A DNA stretch of 64,000 nt from a virus: the UHGV virus genome UHGV-0209617. One strand, given 5' to 3'. The translations under genes were made by a program, and so were the position numbers. This document shows positions 9,774 through 18,362 of the stretch, in pieces. Within the stretch, counting starts at the first letter, position 1, and each line of letters opens with the position of its first letter. The notes beneath the pieces were generated by a model. It did no database searches. It was given only the letters and a program-made list of their open reading frames with translations, and was not told the origin of the DNA.

Positions 9774-9815
9774 GATGGTTTATGTGTTTGTATTTGTGTA
9801 AAAATAAGTGAGGAT

Positions 9816-10085
9816 ATGATTTATCCATTTATGACATTGGAAGATGATACAGAAATTACTAATTCTGAAATGCAGGCAAATGGTGAGGTAAAGGTGTATG
9901 TTGAAACACCAGATGAAAAGGATTGTTTCCATAGTATGATATGTTATCTTCCTGATTATCGTGTTGAAAAGGTAGAGGGGTATTCAGAAGAAGTGGAAAA
10001 GTATCTTGATTTTATTCGCAAGGCTGCGAATCTTATCCTTGAATTTTCTCAGGAAGGTGGATTTAACCATGCCAAAGCTGTTTAA
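9816..10085 (+). CDS. Hypothetical protein (89 aa)
   Basis: ORF only; no recognisable motif. Confidence 0.4.
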   Translation: MIYPFMTLEDDTEITNSEMQANGEVKVYVETPDEKDCFHSMICYLPDYRVEKVEGYSEEVEKYLDFIRKAANLILEFSQEGGFNHAKAV

Positions 10086-10380
10086 GATTGGTTGCCTCAT
10101 ATTCCAGATACATTAAGAAACATTATGCGTATTTTTAGCAATGGGGCAGAATAGGGCATAACGGGGCATTTTAGAGCATTTCAGGAAAGGAAAATGGCAT
10201 GAATAAGATTTTGTTTATCTGCCACGGCAGCGTATAAGGATAGAGTCGATAAACCGCATGGCTACGGGACTTTTGCAACGGTTAAATGATATTCATATAC
10301 TGAAAGCATACCGTTTATGCTGGGTCTTGTATATTCTATTGTGAAACGGTTACATTGAATTATTAAACGATACATATACA

Positions 10381-10399
10381 TTAACGATTTAATCGTTAA
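10381..10399. promoter_or_regulatory. Perfect 9-1-9 palindrome TTAACGATT-T-AATCGTTAA (operator-like)
   Basis: Read directly; lies just upstream of a hairpin plus T-run. Confidence 0.4.
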
Positions 10400-10411
10400 A
10401 TAATACCTTTG

Positions 10412-10439
10412 AGACTCCCGGCTGTGCCTGGGAGTTTTT
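10412..10439 (+). terminator. Rho-independent terminator candidate
   Basis: ACTCCC...GGGAGT stem followed by TTTTT. Confidence 0.45.
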
Positions 10440-10488
10440 CAATATAGGAGAAGGCGAATTTACTTCATAGGAAATGTTCTTATAGCTG

Positions 10489-10517
10489 TTGCCGTTGTAC
10501 TATTGACTTGCTATAAT
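10489..10517 (+). promoter_or_regulatory. Sigma-A-type promoter candidate (TTGCCG, 17-bp spacer, extended -10 TGcTATAAT)
   Basis: Hexamer spacing and extended -10 read directly; 49 nt upstream of the ATG at 10566. Confidence 0.5.
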
Positions 10518-10565
10518 TTAATAAATGACAATATTAATTTAATGAAGATACGGAGATTTGAGCAT

Positions 10566-11384
10566 ATGGAAAAGAATCTTGATGAGGCTGTTAAATGGTT
10601 GCGTAAGGCAGCAGAGCTTGGGCATAAGGATGCAATGGTAAAGCTGGGCGAGCTACTCAGTGGTACAGAGGAGCCATTGACAAAACTATTGGAAAAATCA
10701 TATATGGAAGGCTATGCAGATGGCAAAAATGGCAAGGCTAATAAATATTTCAAGGAAGCATATATTAAATCTACTATGGATAGAGCAGGTTTTGTTAATG
10801 TTAAGGTTGGAGATATAATCACATTTGGCAATTATTGGCAGGATAAAGATAAGTCAGCTGGTAAGCAGCCAGTAGAGTGGCAGGTGCTTGATGTCAAGGA
10901 TGGCAAGGCATTAGTTATTAGTAAATATGGTTTAATAAATCATAAATATAATAAAGAATGGACGGATGTTACATGGGAAACATGTACCTTGAGAAAATGG
11001 CTGAATGATACCTTTATTAAGGATATTTTCTCCGCAGAGGAAATGAAGGCTGTTATGTTATCAGATGTTAGTGCAGATAAAAATCCTAATTATAACACAA
11101 ATCAGGGAAATGACACTAAGGATAAATTGTTCCTGCTGAGTATAAAGGAAGTGGAGCAATATTTTGTTAGTGATGAAAAAAGACTGTGTAAGCCAACAGA
11201 ATATGCAGTTAACAACGGAGCTTATGAGAATAACCGTGGGCATAGTTGGTGGTGGCTACGCTCTGCTGGTGGCTATAGTAGCGATGCGGCGTATGTGGTC
11301 AGTTATGGCTGCGTCTACTACAGTGGCCGTAGTGTGTTCAGCGACGATGGTTCTGTGCGCCCAGCTTTTTGGCTAAATCTTTAG
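10566..11384 (+). CDS. Sel1-like repeat plus DUF6273-like domain protein
   Basis: N-terminal DEAVKWLRKAAELGHKDAMVKLGELL is Sel1/TPR-like; C-terminal W-rich block (WQVLDV...WETCTLRKWLN...WWWLRSAGGYS...VRPAFWLNL) is typical of the DUF6273 pattern as I recall it; start chosen at the ATG with a GGAG upstream. Confidence 0.6.
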   Translation: MEKNLDEAVKWLRKAAELGHKDAMVKLGELLSGTEEPLTKLLEKSYMEGYADGKNGKANKYFKEAYIKSTMDRAGFVNVKVGDIITFGNYWQDKDKSAGKQPVEWQVLDVKDGKALVISKYGLINHKYNKEWTDVTWETCTLRKWLNDTFIKDIFSAEEMKAVMLSDVSADKNPNYNTNQGNDTKDKLFLLSIKEVEQYFVSDEKRLCKPTEYAVNNGAYENNRGHSWWWLRSAGGYSSDAAYVVSYGCVYYSGRSVFSDDGSVRPAFWLNL

Positions 11385-11680
11385 TCTAAAATCTTCAAAT
11401 CTATGAATACGATAAGTGAAAAGTAGAAAAATAAAACAGGTAATTTACCTGCGAAGCAGGGGTGAAATTTTTTAGGAGTATAGGCTGTGAAAAAAAGGTT
11501 AGCGAAACTTTTGTAAGCAGATTGCAGAATTTAAGTTTATCAGCCATAGAAAATCTGTATAGAGCCAATGATATATTTGTGCAGCGTGGCAATTTGAGTG
11601 CCTTGGAACTGACAGGCACTTTTAATGATAAATAGTAATGTTAAATAGCTGTATTATAAAGACAGCTAGAAACAATTTTT

Positions 11681-11735
11681 CAGCGGGGTAACATACTCAA
11701 TAGGAAGCAAGAGTATGTTGCTCCGCTGATTTTTT
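11681..11735 (+). terminator. Long hairpin plus T-run (terminator or small-RNA 3' end)
   Basis: CAGCGGGGTAACATACTC / GAGTATGTTGCTCCGCTG, about 15 of 18 bp paired, followed by TTTTTT. Confidence 0.45.
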
Positions 11736-12357
11736 AGTTTAGGTTGAGTATGTAGAACTGCTATTGGCAGGGGTGGGTATGTAGGGACAATGTGGTTCTG
11801 AAATAGTGAACATATCGAAGCTGAAAGGTACGTGGATATTGAGGTTAGGTAGATATGTTCAGTGCGAGCAGGTTGAATAGATATGAAAAGAAAATGCCCC
11901 AGACCGTGGTATTCCACTTCCTACAATAATTCAGTATGGCAGTGCCGTAACCGCTATTCAGCCGTGAAATGCAAGACCATGAATATCTATGACAAGCTGC
12001 TGTTTATGTCCTGCACGATGTGGCAAAGGACATACGGACAGCAATAGTGGAATTCGCAGCAGATGTGGTCAGTGCTGACAGGCTGGCAGCCATTGAACGC
12101 TACATAGAGAACTTTGAAAGCATGAGTGCCTGGAAGATGCTTTCCAATGCAGATGACCTGTAATTCGTGATGAACATGGTTCTGGTCAAAACGGATAGGC
12201 GCATTGAGGTGATATGGTTGGACGGTGGTGTGGATGGATATGAAATTCCGAGGTATACACCGAAGGGGGGATAGAATGATTAGGTGTCTTTTTAGCATTG
12301 TAAAAGTAATTACATTTACAATGCTAAAAAGATGTAGAAAATATTTTGTAATAGGGA

Positions 12358-12386
12358 TTGTAATTACAGCTTAAATATGCTAAAAT
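12358..12386 (+). promoter_or_regulatory. Promoter candidate for the R-M operon (TTGTAA, 17 bp, TAAAAT) overlapped by palindrome TGTAATTACA; second GTAATTAC palindrome at 12306-12313
   Basis: Hexamers and palindromes read directly; the palindrome overlaps the -35. Confidence 0.4.
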
Positions 12387-12631
12387 ATAAGATGAAAGAC
12401 TATATGGAAATGGAGGAACTACAGTTGAGCGAAATGAAAAGAAAAATGCCTATGGAACATTTGAATATTGGTGAGTTCAACCGTGGGCAATCTTCAAAAC
12501 TAATCCGTAACTTGGTGGAAAAAGATAATGCTGCATTTATACAAAAAAATGGGAAGCCAATAGCCGTTGTTATCTCCTATGAACGATACGAGAGACTGCT
12601 TGAGTCTGGCATTGATATCAATGAGTTCTGA
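12377..12631 (+). CDS. Phd/YefM-fold small protein, first gene of the R-M operon (candidate controller); true start may be the in-frame TTG at 12425 or ATG at 12434-12452
   Basis: NIGEFNRGQSSKLIRNLVEKDNAAFIQKNGKPIAVVISYERYERLLE matches the Phd/YefM N-terminal pattern; ends 11 nt before the methyltransferase ORF; no toxin partner follows. Confidence 0.55.
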   Translation: MLKYKMKDYMEMEELQLSEMKRKMPMEHLNIGEFNRGQSSKLIRNLVEKDNAAFIQKNGKPIAVVISYERYERLLESGIDINEF

Positions 12632-12642
12632 GTATTCAAAAC

Positions 12643-14298
12643 ATGATTAAGGAGGTAACGGAGATGGTTGCGAAAAATTATGGTGTTGTTTACACACCGA
12701 ATAGACTGGCTGAGTTCGCAGCAGAACTTTTATATAGAGAGGCAGCAGAAACTAATACAGAAATAAAGTCGGTATTGGATCCTGCGTGTGGCGAATGCGC
12801 ATTGCTATGTGCTGCAAAGAAATATTTGAATGGTAATGTGAAATATTTGGGAATTGATGTCGATAAAGAAGCAATAATGAATGTTGAGGATGATTTTGAA
12901 ATTCTTTATAATGATTCAATTCTTCCGCGAAATGTAAAAAAACAGACGGCAGAATATTGGAAGAGCAAGATGCCAGTAATATCTGCTATAATTGCAAATC
13001 CACCGTGGAGTTCCGAAAAAATATATGTGCGAGAAGAATTGCAGAGTGCCGGTTTCTCGTTGACCACAGGACAATATGATAGCTTTGTGCTATTTATTGA
13101 GTTGGCATATAATCTGCTTGATGATGGAGGATACTTTTCGTTTATTATCCCCGATTCGTTATTTGATGCACAAAACGAAAAACTAAGAAGATTTTTGACT
13201 GAAAAGATGCAAATCAAAGTGATTGCCAGACTTGGAGAGAAGATTTTTGAAGAAGTGAATAGAGCAACTACTGTTATTGTTTGCAGAAAAGAAAAGCCAG
13301 TCAAAGATTCTGTCACCCACTGTTTCAGACTTACTACGGAAGAAAGAAGAAAGTTTTTGAATTCGAATCAGAGTTTGTTAAACTTTTACAACGAAGATGT
13401 GCATGATGTGTTGCAGGGGCGATTTGCTGAAAACGCTGCCTGTAACTTTGACGTTGATACGCGCACTGATGAAGAGGCATTGTTGGCTAAAATTAAGAAG
13501 CAGTCTATAAGTTGGGAGGATATATTCATTTTTGGTCGAGGTGTTGAGATATCCAAAACAGGAAAGGTCGTATTTTGTCCTTCGTGTGGTTATGCCCAAG
13601 GGTATAAAAAATCACAAATGGCTGAAGGAAAAAAAGAATGTACGAACTGTGGCAGTGAGATATCGGTTACTACGGCAAGTGTTCAAAATGTTATTTCACA
13701 AAGTCAAACGCCACAGACTGTTCAGATATATGTTGGAGAGAATGTTCGGAGATATGGAATAACAGGAGAATGCTATATCAAACCCAACATTCCCGGAATC
13801 AATTATAAAAATCGTGCGATGTACAACCCACCAAAACTGTTGGTGAGAAAGACTGGACTTGGAATATATGCATCGATTGATTATACGGGAAGCATGACAA
13901 GTCAGGCTGTATATATTTTGAAATTTAAAAACAGTCAACATAAGGCTCCGTTGGAATATTATCTGGCATTGCTTAACTCACGAGTGGTCTACTATTTTTA
14001 TTTGAAAGTATATGGAGAAAATGAATGGAAGTCCCATCCGTACTTTACGAAACAGATTATTTATTCTCTGCCTATTAGAGAATATGAGGATAGTGAGTTA
14101 GATAAACAGATCATTAAAGTGGCATCGGAATTGGCGCATAAATATGAATATGTCAAGGATGTTCAGCTTGAGAAGTTGGTAATGAAAAAGTATGGTCTGT
14201 CAGAGACCGAAAGCAATATGGTTTATGGTGAGATGAATCGTCTGCCTGACTTGAGTGCGATTAACAATATGAAAGTTGAGGTGGAAGCGAATGTATAG
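12643..14298 (+). CDS. N6-adenine DNA methyltransferase, gamma-class order (motif I then NPPW), with zinc ribbon and C-terminal recognition domain; probable start ATG at 12664
   Basis: VLDPACGECALL (motif I-like), IIANPPWS (motif IV), CPSCG...CTNCG zinc ribbon; AAGGAGGT 8 nt before the ATG at 12664. Confidence 0.85.
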   Translation: MIKEVTEMVAKNYGVVYTPNRLAEFAAELLYREAAETNTEIKSVLDPACGECALLCAAKKYLNGNVKYLGIDVDKEAIMNVEDDFEILYNDSILPRNVKKQTAEYWKSKMPVISAIIANPPWSSEKIYVREELQSAGFSLTTGQYDSFVLFIELAYNLLDDGGYFSFIIPDSLFDAQNEKLRRFLTEKMQIKVIARLGEKIFEEVNRATTVIVCRKEKPVKDSVTHCFRLTTEERRKFLNSNQSLLNFYNEDVHDVLQGRFAENAACNFDVDTRTDEEALLAKIKKQSISWEDIFIFGRGVEISKTGKVVFCPSCGYAQGYKKSQMAEGKKECTNCGSEISVTTASVQNVISQSQTPQTVQIYVGENVRRYGITGECYIKPNIPGINYKNRAMYNPPKLLVRKTGLGIYASIDYTGSMTSQAVYILKFKNSQHKAPLEYYLALLNSRVVYYFYLKVYGENEWKSHPYFTKQIIYSLPIREYEDSELDKQIIKVASELAHKYEYVKDVQLEKLVMKKYGLSETESNMVYGEMNRLPDLSAINNMKVEVEANV

Positions 14299-15349
14299 AT
14301 ATATAGGAAACAAATCAAAGCTGACTCCATACATTCTTGATAGGGTGGAACAGCTTATTGGAAAAACAGGAATTGTTGCTGACATTATGGCTGGAACAGG
14401 AACTGTGGCATTAGAATTGAGAAAAGCAGGTTATTCGGTTATCGCATCTGATGTAATGACCTATTCGTACCATCATTTGATGGTTAATCTTTGCTTAGAT
14501 TCAGCTCCTTCTTTTTCTGGGCTTGTGAATCATGGAGCAATAGGCAAGAATGAGGTGGATGCATATGGTGCAATCCTGACTTATTTAAATTGCATTGAAC
14601 CCAAAGAAGGTTTTTTCTTCAAGGAATTTTCTCCGGGTGGAACACCGCAGAATGGTTGCGACCCGAGAAAATATTTCACTACGGAAAATGCAAAGAAAAT
14701 TGATGCGATTAGAGAAAAAATAAATGAGTGGATTGATAATGGATATGTGAGCAAAGCTGAAGAATCGCTTTTAAAACATACTCTTATTATGGCAGTAAAC
14801 GAGGTTGCCAATATATCTGGAACTTACGGATATTTTTTGGCTGATTTCAAAAAGAATGCCAATGCACAGATTGATTTAAAACCTGTGGAATTTTGTTCTG
14901 TGAATTCAACTGGTCACATGGTAAAATTGGGATTTGCTGAAAATTTAGCTGCAACAATTACAGTTGATTTGTGCTACATCGACCCTCCGTATATGAAGAG
15001 ACAGTATGCTGCGAATTATCATATTCTGGAAACCATTGCACGAGGAGATTTCCCTGATGCTGTTGGTAAAAGTGGCTTGCGTGACTGGTGGGAGCAGCAC
15101 TCTAAATTGTGTACCAAAACACGAGGATTACAATCGTTTGAAAAGATATTAGGTGATATGCATTGCCCGAAATTTCTGATTAGCTACAGTGAGGATGGTT
15201 TGTTTACGCTGGGGCAATTAGAAGAATGTTTTAGCAAGTTTGGAACTGTTGACGTTCAAGAAATTGATTACAATCGATTTAGAAGCAATGATAGCAAGTT
15301 GCCTAAAAAACTGAAGGAATATTTGATTTCTATAGAAAGGCAGGTATAA
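14291..15349 (+). CDS. D12-class (Dam-like, alpha-order) N6-adenine DNA methyltransferase
   Basis: RYIGNKSKL N-terminal motif, ADIMAGTGTV (motif I), CYIDPPYM (motif IV); ATG overlaps the upstream stop (ATGTATAG). Confidence 0.85.
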   Translation: MYRYIGNKSKLTPYILDRVEQLIGKTGIVADIMAGTGTVALELRKAGYSVIASDVMTYSYHHLMVNLCLDSAPSFSGLVNHGAIGKNEVDAYGAILTYLNCIEPKEGFFFKEFSPGGTPQNGCDPRKYFTTENAKKIDAIREKINEWIDNGYVSKAEESLLKHTLIMAVNEVANISGTYGYFLADFKKNANAQIDLKPVEFCSVNSTGHMVKLGFAENLAATITVDLCYIDPPYMKRQYAANYHILETIARGDFPDAVGKSGLRDWWEQHSKLCTKTRGLQSFEKILGDMHCPKFLISYSEDGLFTLGQLEECFSKFGTVDVQEIDYNRFRSNDSKLPKKLKEYLISIERQV

Positions 15350-15353
15350 GTGA

Positions 15354-17024
15354 ATGGAGTGCATTGAAAGAATATTTTACAGAAAGATTAATCCTTCTGA
15401 TTTCAAAAAGTTGTATGATATTGACAAACCAGAAGGTGGCGGTGGTCAGACATACTTGGAAGCCGCTGGTATTTCAAATGAAAAAATCGTTGATTTCCTT
15501 TCCTATGCGGAGGTTACAAACAGTCCTTTGCCAGATGAAACAAGGTCTGTTTATACATTCAATGCCTATGTTTTGGGCGATTCAAAGGGTAAATGTTCGT
15601 TTGTAGAATTTGCACCTCGCAAAGGAAGAAATAACTATCGTATAAGCCGTCAGAACATGAAATATAAACATCCGGCATGGAGTTTGGATAATGGATTTCC
15701 CGAACCATCAAAAGGTGATGATGGCGAATACACATCTGCAGGCGATTTTGTGGGAATCATTGATAATCTTGTTATTCTTATCATAAGAACTACAAATCGG
15801 CGTTATTATGCAGGTTTTGTAAATATAGCGACAATGCCAGAGAACTGGCCACACAATATTGGCTTAGAGGGCATTTTTAGTGGTGAACGCAGAGATGTAC
15901 TAAAAATGGATGCGTATAAACTACAGTTTGTTAATGATGCCTGTAATCCATTCGGTGATTATGTCCCAACAATCGAAGAATGTAATCGAGCGACTACTGG
16001 TTGCAATGTGCTTTTGTACGGAGTTCCCGGAGCAGGAAAGAGTTGGACAATTGAACACGAATATTGTGCCGATGAAGGGTGTATGGAGCGATTGGTTTTC
16101 CATCCGGATTATATGTATTCGGATTTCGTTGGACAAATTTTGCCTGTAGTAAGGGACGATGACAAGGTTCGTTATGAGTTTACGCCGGGTCCGTTTACCA
16201 AATTATTAAAAAAAGCATATTGGAATACAGAACAGTCTTTTTACCTTATAATAGAAGAAATAAATCGTGGTAATGCACCAGCGATATTCGGTGAAATATT
16301 TCAGCTTTTGGATAGAAAAGATGAAGACGAAATAGATGAAAATAGGGAGATTCTCTACAAAAAAGGCACAAGTGAGTATGGAATAACAAATGCCAATATT
16401 GCACGAATCGTTTATGGCGATGAAAACCATAAGGTTCGAATTCCTGCAAATATGTCTATTTTGGGTACAATGAATACTTCTGACCAAAATGTTTTTACAT
16501 TAGACACAGCATTTCAGAGAAGATGGATTATGAGAATGATTCCGAATTCATTTGATAACCATAAGTTCGCAGACAAGAAGATTTTGGATACTGATATTTC
16601 CTGGAGACAGTTCTGTGAAGCAATTAATGAGGAAATTTTGCGTAGAAACAACATCACATCTTCTGAGGATAAGCGACTTGGGGCATATTTTATCTCGGCT
16701 TCGGATTTGGAGATGAAACCAATCACAGACGGGATGAGCGAAAAAGAAAAAATCCAAGTGGAGCATAGCAACAGCAGATTTGCAGAAAAAGTATTGAAAT
16801 ATTTATGGGATGATGCTTTCAAATTTTCCCATCAAGATACATTTAACACAAGACAGTTTGGTAGTCTTGAAAAAGTTATCGAAGGCTTTATGAATCCTGC
16901 CAAGCCTAAAAATGAGCGTTTTCGTGTATTCAATGAGAACCTTCGTAAAATGATTTTGGATGGAGTAACAGCAGAATCAAACGAGGTTTCTGATGATGAC
17001 AGCGAAGGCTCACAGGAATCTTAA
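15354..17024 (+). CDS. McrB-like AAA+ GTPase restriction subunit with an N-terminal domain of about 200 aa that I cannot assign
   Basis: LLYGVPGAGKSW (Walker A), LIIEEINRGNAPAIFGEIFQLLDR (McrB-type IDEINRAN-like motif), ILGTMNTSDQN (NTxD-type motif). Confidence 0.85.
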   Translation: MECIERIFYRKINPSDFKKLYDIDKPEGGGGQTYLEAAGISNEKIVDFLSYAEVTNSPLPDETRSVYTFNAYVLGDSKGKCSFVEFAPRKGRNNYRISRQNMKYKHPAWSLDNGFPEPSKGDDGEYTSAGDFVGIIDNLVILIIRTTNRRYYAGFVNIATMPENWPHNIGLEGIFSGERRDVLKMDAYKLQFVNDACNPFGDYVPTIEECNRATTGCNVLLYGVPGAGKSWTIEHEYCADEGCMERLVFHPDYMYSDFVGQILPVVRDDDKVRYEFTPGPFTKLLKKAYWNTEQSFYLIIEEINRGNAPAIFGEIFQLLDRKDEDEIDENREILYKKGTSEYGITNANIARIVYGDENHKVRIPANMSILGTMNTSDQNVFTLDTAFQRRWIMRMIPNSFDNHKFADKKILDTDISWRQFCEAINEEILRRNNITSSEDKRLGAYFISASDLEMKPITDGMSEKEKIQVEHSNSRFAEKVLKYLWDDAFKFSHQDTFNTRQFGSLEKVIEGFMNPAKPKNERFRVFNENLRKMILDGVTAESNEVSDDDSEGSQES

Positions 17025-17040
17025 AGCGAGGTGAGCGACA

Positions 17041-18321
17041 TTGGATTTAGGCTTAAACTTAAAAGTTAAATGTCATGTGAATAAAAATGGTGATGGCGAT
17101 AGGTTTGTCGGGATTAAGGCTGATGCTAATCAAGCAATGGTCTATTTTCCAATGGGGTATCGCCTGCCAGACAATGAAGAAGATATTAGGGATGATATTC
17201 TAAAATTGATTTCTGTATTAGCTGAGTTTACGGATTCAAAAGACAAGGTATTGGCTATGCAGAAATTTGAAGCACCACAGTCTGTGAATTTTCCAATCAA
17301 TGCCTATATGAATATTATCCGATACTATTTGGAACAACGTTCATATTACACAGAAAAGGATCCTATTCTAAAGACGAGTGACAGAGGAAAAATCGACTTT
17401 GCAGCATCTTTGCGTAGAAATGTTAGCTTTTTTCAAGAAGATGGAACTCCGTTTTTTGATAAATATACAGTAAAAGGGTCAACTCCTAATGATAAAAATT
17501 TAATAACTATGATTCACAAATACTGTGTGCATGAAAGTTTTGCTCAGATGGGTTGGCTGTTTATGCCGGATGTCCCACAAGATCCACATATTGAACGAAA
17601 CATTCCGCTTTTCCTCAGTGTACTGAAGAAAAAATTGGCAGTCACGCATCTTGAAAAGGATATTCTGCTATTTGAAGCAATGATTTCTATGCTGGAATAT
17701 TTGGATGAGAAAAGTGACGATAAACAATACTATTTTGGAACAGATAGATTTGAATATGTGTGGGAAAAACTGATAGATGCAGTGTTTGGCATAAAAGAAA
17801 AGAATGATTATTTTCCACGAACCTCTTGGAAACTAAACTATGGTGACCAACGAAGAAATTATGCATTAGAGCCGGACACCATAATGCTTTGTAATGGAAA
17901 AATCTATGTCATTGATGCAAAGTATTATAGATACGGTGTAACCGGTACACCTTCGCATTTGCCGGAATCATCATCTATCAACAAGCAGATTACATATGGT
18001 GAGTACATATATAATCATAAGAAATTTAAGGATGTATATGGTGATGATGTTCCTGTGTATAACGCATTCCTTATGCCGTATAACAAACAGGATAATCCAT
18101 TTCATATCAATGAGTATTTCGCCAATATTGGTGAGGCTGATAGTGACTGGAAATATGGCAATCATAATTATGAACGGGTGCAAGGAATTGTAGTTGATAT
18201 TCGTTTCTTGATGAACAATTACTATGGTTCGCACAAGAGTAAAATTATTAAGATGGCGAAGCTCATCGAGGAAGCCCTGCAGGAAAATGCAGATACGCTT
18301 CCAGAAGAAAAGACTGAATAA
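17041..18321 (+). CDS. McrC-like PD-(D/E)xK nuclease subunit (TTG start)
   Basis: ALEPDTIMLCNGKIYVIDAKYY gives PD...D-x-K; position immediately after the McrB-like gene; GAGGTGA 7 nt before the TTG. Confidence 0.75.
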   Translation: MDLGLNLKVKCHVNKNGDGDRFVGIKADANQAMVYFPMGYRLPDNEEDIRDDILKLISVLAEFTDSKDKVLAMQKFEAPQSVNFPINAYMNIIRYYLEQRSYYTEKDPILKTSDRGKIDFAASLRRNVSFFQEDGTPFFDKYTVKGSTPNDKNLITMIHKYCVHESFAQMGWLFMPDVPQDPHIERNIPLFLSVLKKKLAVTHLEKDILLFEAMISMLEYLDEKSDDKQYYFGTDRFEYVWEKLIDAVFGIKEKNDYFPRTSWKLNYGDQRRNYALEPDTIMLCNGKIYVIDAKYYRYGVTGTPSHLPESSSINKQITYGEYIYNHKKFKDVYGDDVPVYNAFLMPYNKQDNPFHINEYFANIGEADSDWKYGNHNYERVQGIVVDIRFLMNNYYGSHKSKIIKMAKLIEEALQENADTLPEEKTE

Positions 18322-18362
18322 AAAATCCGCAAGCAGTGATTATGCTGTTTGCGGATTTTTTA
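18321..18362. terminator. Bidirectional rho-independent terminator between the R-M operon and the convergent CGNR gene
   Basis: A-run, ATCCGCAAGCAG / CTGTTTGCGGAT stem, then TTTTTT. Confidence 0.65.
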
